DNA of 64,000 nt, taken from positions 15,614,642-15,678,641 of the forward strand of contig OZ037770.1 of the NCBI GenBank assembly GCA_964035545.1, read 5' to 3'. Positions 63,071-64,000 of the stretch are shown here, one piece after another. The stretch's first letter is position 1. Each line of letters begins with the position of its first letter. The notes beneath the pieces were generated by a model. The model had not been told where the DNA came from and made no database searches. It saw only the letters and a list, made by a program, of their open reading frames with translations. The translations under genes and the position numbers were made by a program. The stretch is from Bugula neritina (Eukaryota; Animalia; Bryozoa).

Positions 63071-64000
63071 CAGGGTCTATTTTTATGCTTATTTCGAGTC
63101 AACAAAGTAATAAAAATCAATCGGTTTGTTTTCTATTGAATCAAAATAGACAGGAGAAGATAAACTCTAAAACACACTTGTAATCATGGAACAAATTCAA
63201 TACAACAATTAGCATCATATTCAATCAATCAGCAAGTAGAATATACATTGTATATAAGTTATTTATGTAAAGTCATCTATGACATTAATATACACATCTC
63301 TAAATATATAAATGCAGAAATATTTTTACTTCAAGCATATTTTTTCAGGAAACAGTTTTATAAACTATTTTTATGTAACAAATGAAGGAAATATCTGCTA
63401 TTTGTTATGTAGAGCATCTCTGTACTCACACACCTATGAAACTATTTCCTTTCATACGTATCATTGAGTAGACAGATTGTTGAAATTCTCCTGTGAGTTA
63501 ATTTCATGTGCTGAGTAAGCAATTCCCACACAAGTAGCTGGTCAACAGCCAACAGGGTTGCTAGGTAACCTGTAAACAAATCTTCAACGTGTACATTGTT
63601 CTTTATATAACTCGCTTCCCACATCTAATCTCACCACACCTTAAGTAACTGTTGTTTTGATGAGAAGGGCTCTTAGTGCACTCGATATGCACCTAAATAT
63701 CATAACTTCGGCAACACTGCATCTTGTAATCAGAAATATTAAAGCTATATATTCAGTATGTATAACAGTATACAGTACTAAAGCTACTTCTTGTTTGTAA
63801 CAATGCAGTACTAAAGCTACATCCGTGCAGTGAACCTAAAGTTGCATAAACTTGTAACTCTTTAATAAAACAAAAGTTTTACTTTTGCACTGAGAGCTGA
63901 TCCCCCTGTTTTATACCTTGACTTATTTAATTATATTATCTTTTAGTTATGCTATATTTAGAGCAGCTATACATGTATAACGTCATATTAAATTAGGTAA

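Noticed and set aside
62283-63139. 258-aa and 281-aa periodic ORFs on both strands
   Set aside because: By-product of a stop-free 24-bp minisatellite; no splice or start context.

Overview
AT-rich animal (invertebrate-type) nuclear DNA with spliceosomal introns and many (TA)n microsatellites. (1) 1.5-8.5 kb: an 11-exon SLC18B1-like MFS transporter gene, with a truncated antisense Gypsy LTR/gag just upstream. (2) 13.7-61.7 kb: one large, apparently intact + strand gene that can be spliced in frame by hand (about 1946 aa). It has four tandem copies of a roughly 335-aa unassigned helical module, then an LRR solenoid built from eight tandem 144-bp exons whose differences cluster at exposed LRR positions, then a ROCO-type LRR cap with no Roc-COR domain after it. 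(3) The introns of that gene hold two decayed copies of one Gypsy LTR retrotransposon (duplicated together with host exons), a three-level nest of non-autonomous DNA transposons, and a full-length 14.1-kb Polinton/Maverick (adintovirus-like endogenous virus; 42296-56421, TSD TACAAG). The Polinton carries pPolB, an adenain-like protease, major and minor capsid proteins, a packaging ATPase and an integrase. Its most unusual traits are: 112-bp fold-back hairpins at both termini; TIRs assembled from copies of the two terminal genes' 3' ends; a TA(A/T)TAAATG start motif on nearly every gene, including an 18-bp near-palindrome serving two divergent genes; a Zn-ribbon/PLA2/integrase/chromodomain polyprotein with GxG sites at the domain borders; and four tandem genes sharing a VYIFG N-terminus (candidate alternative fibres). 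All coordinates and splice models were read by eye and have not been checked computationally.
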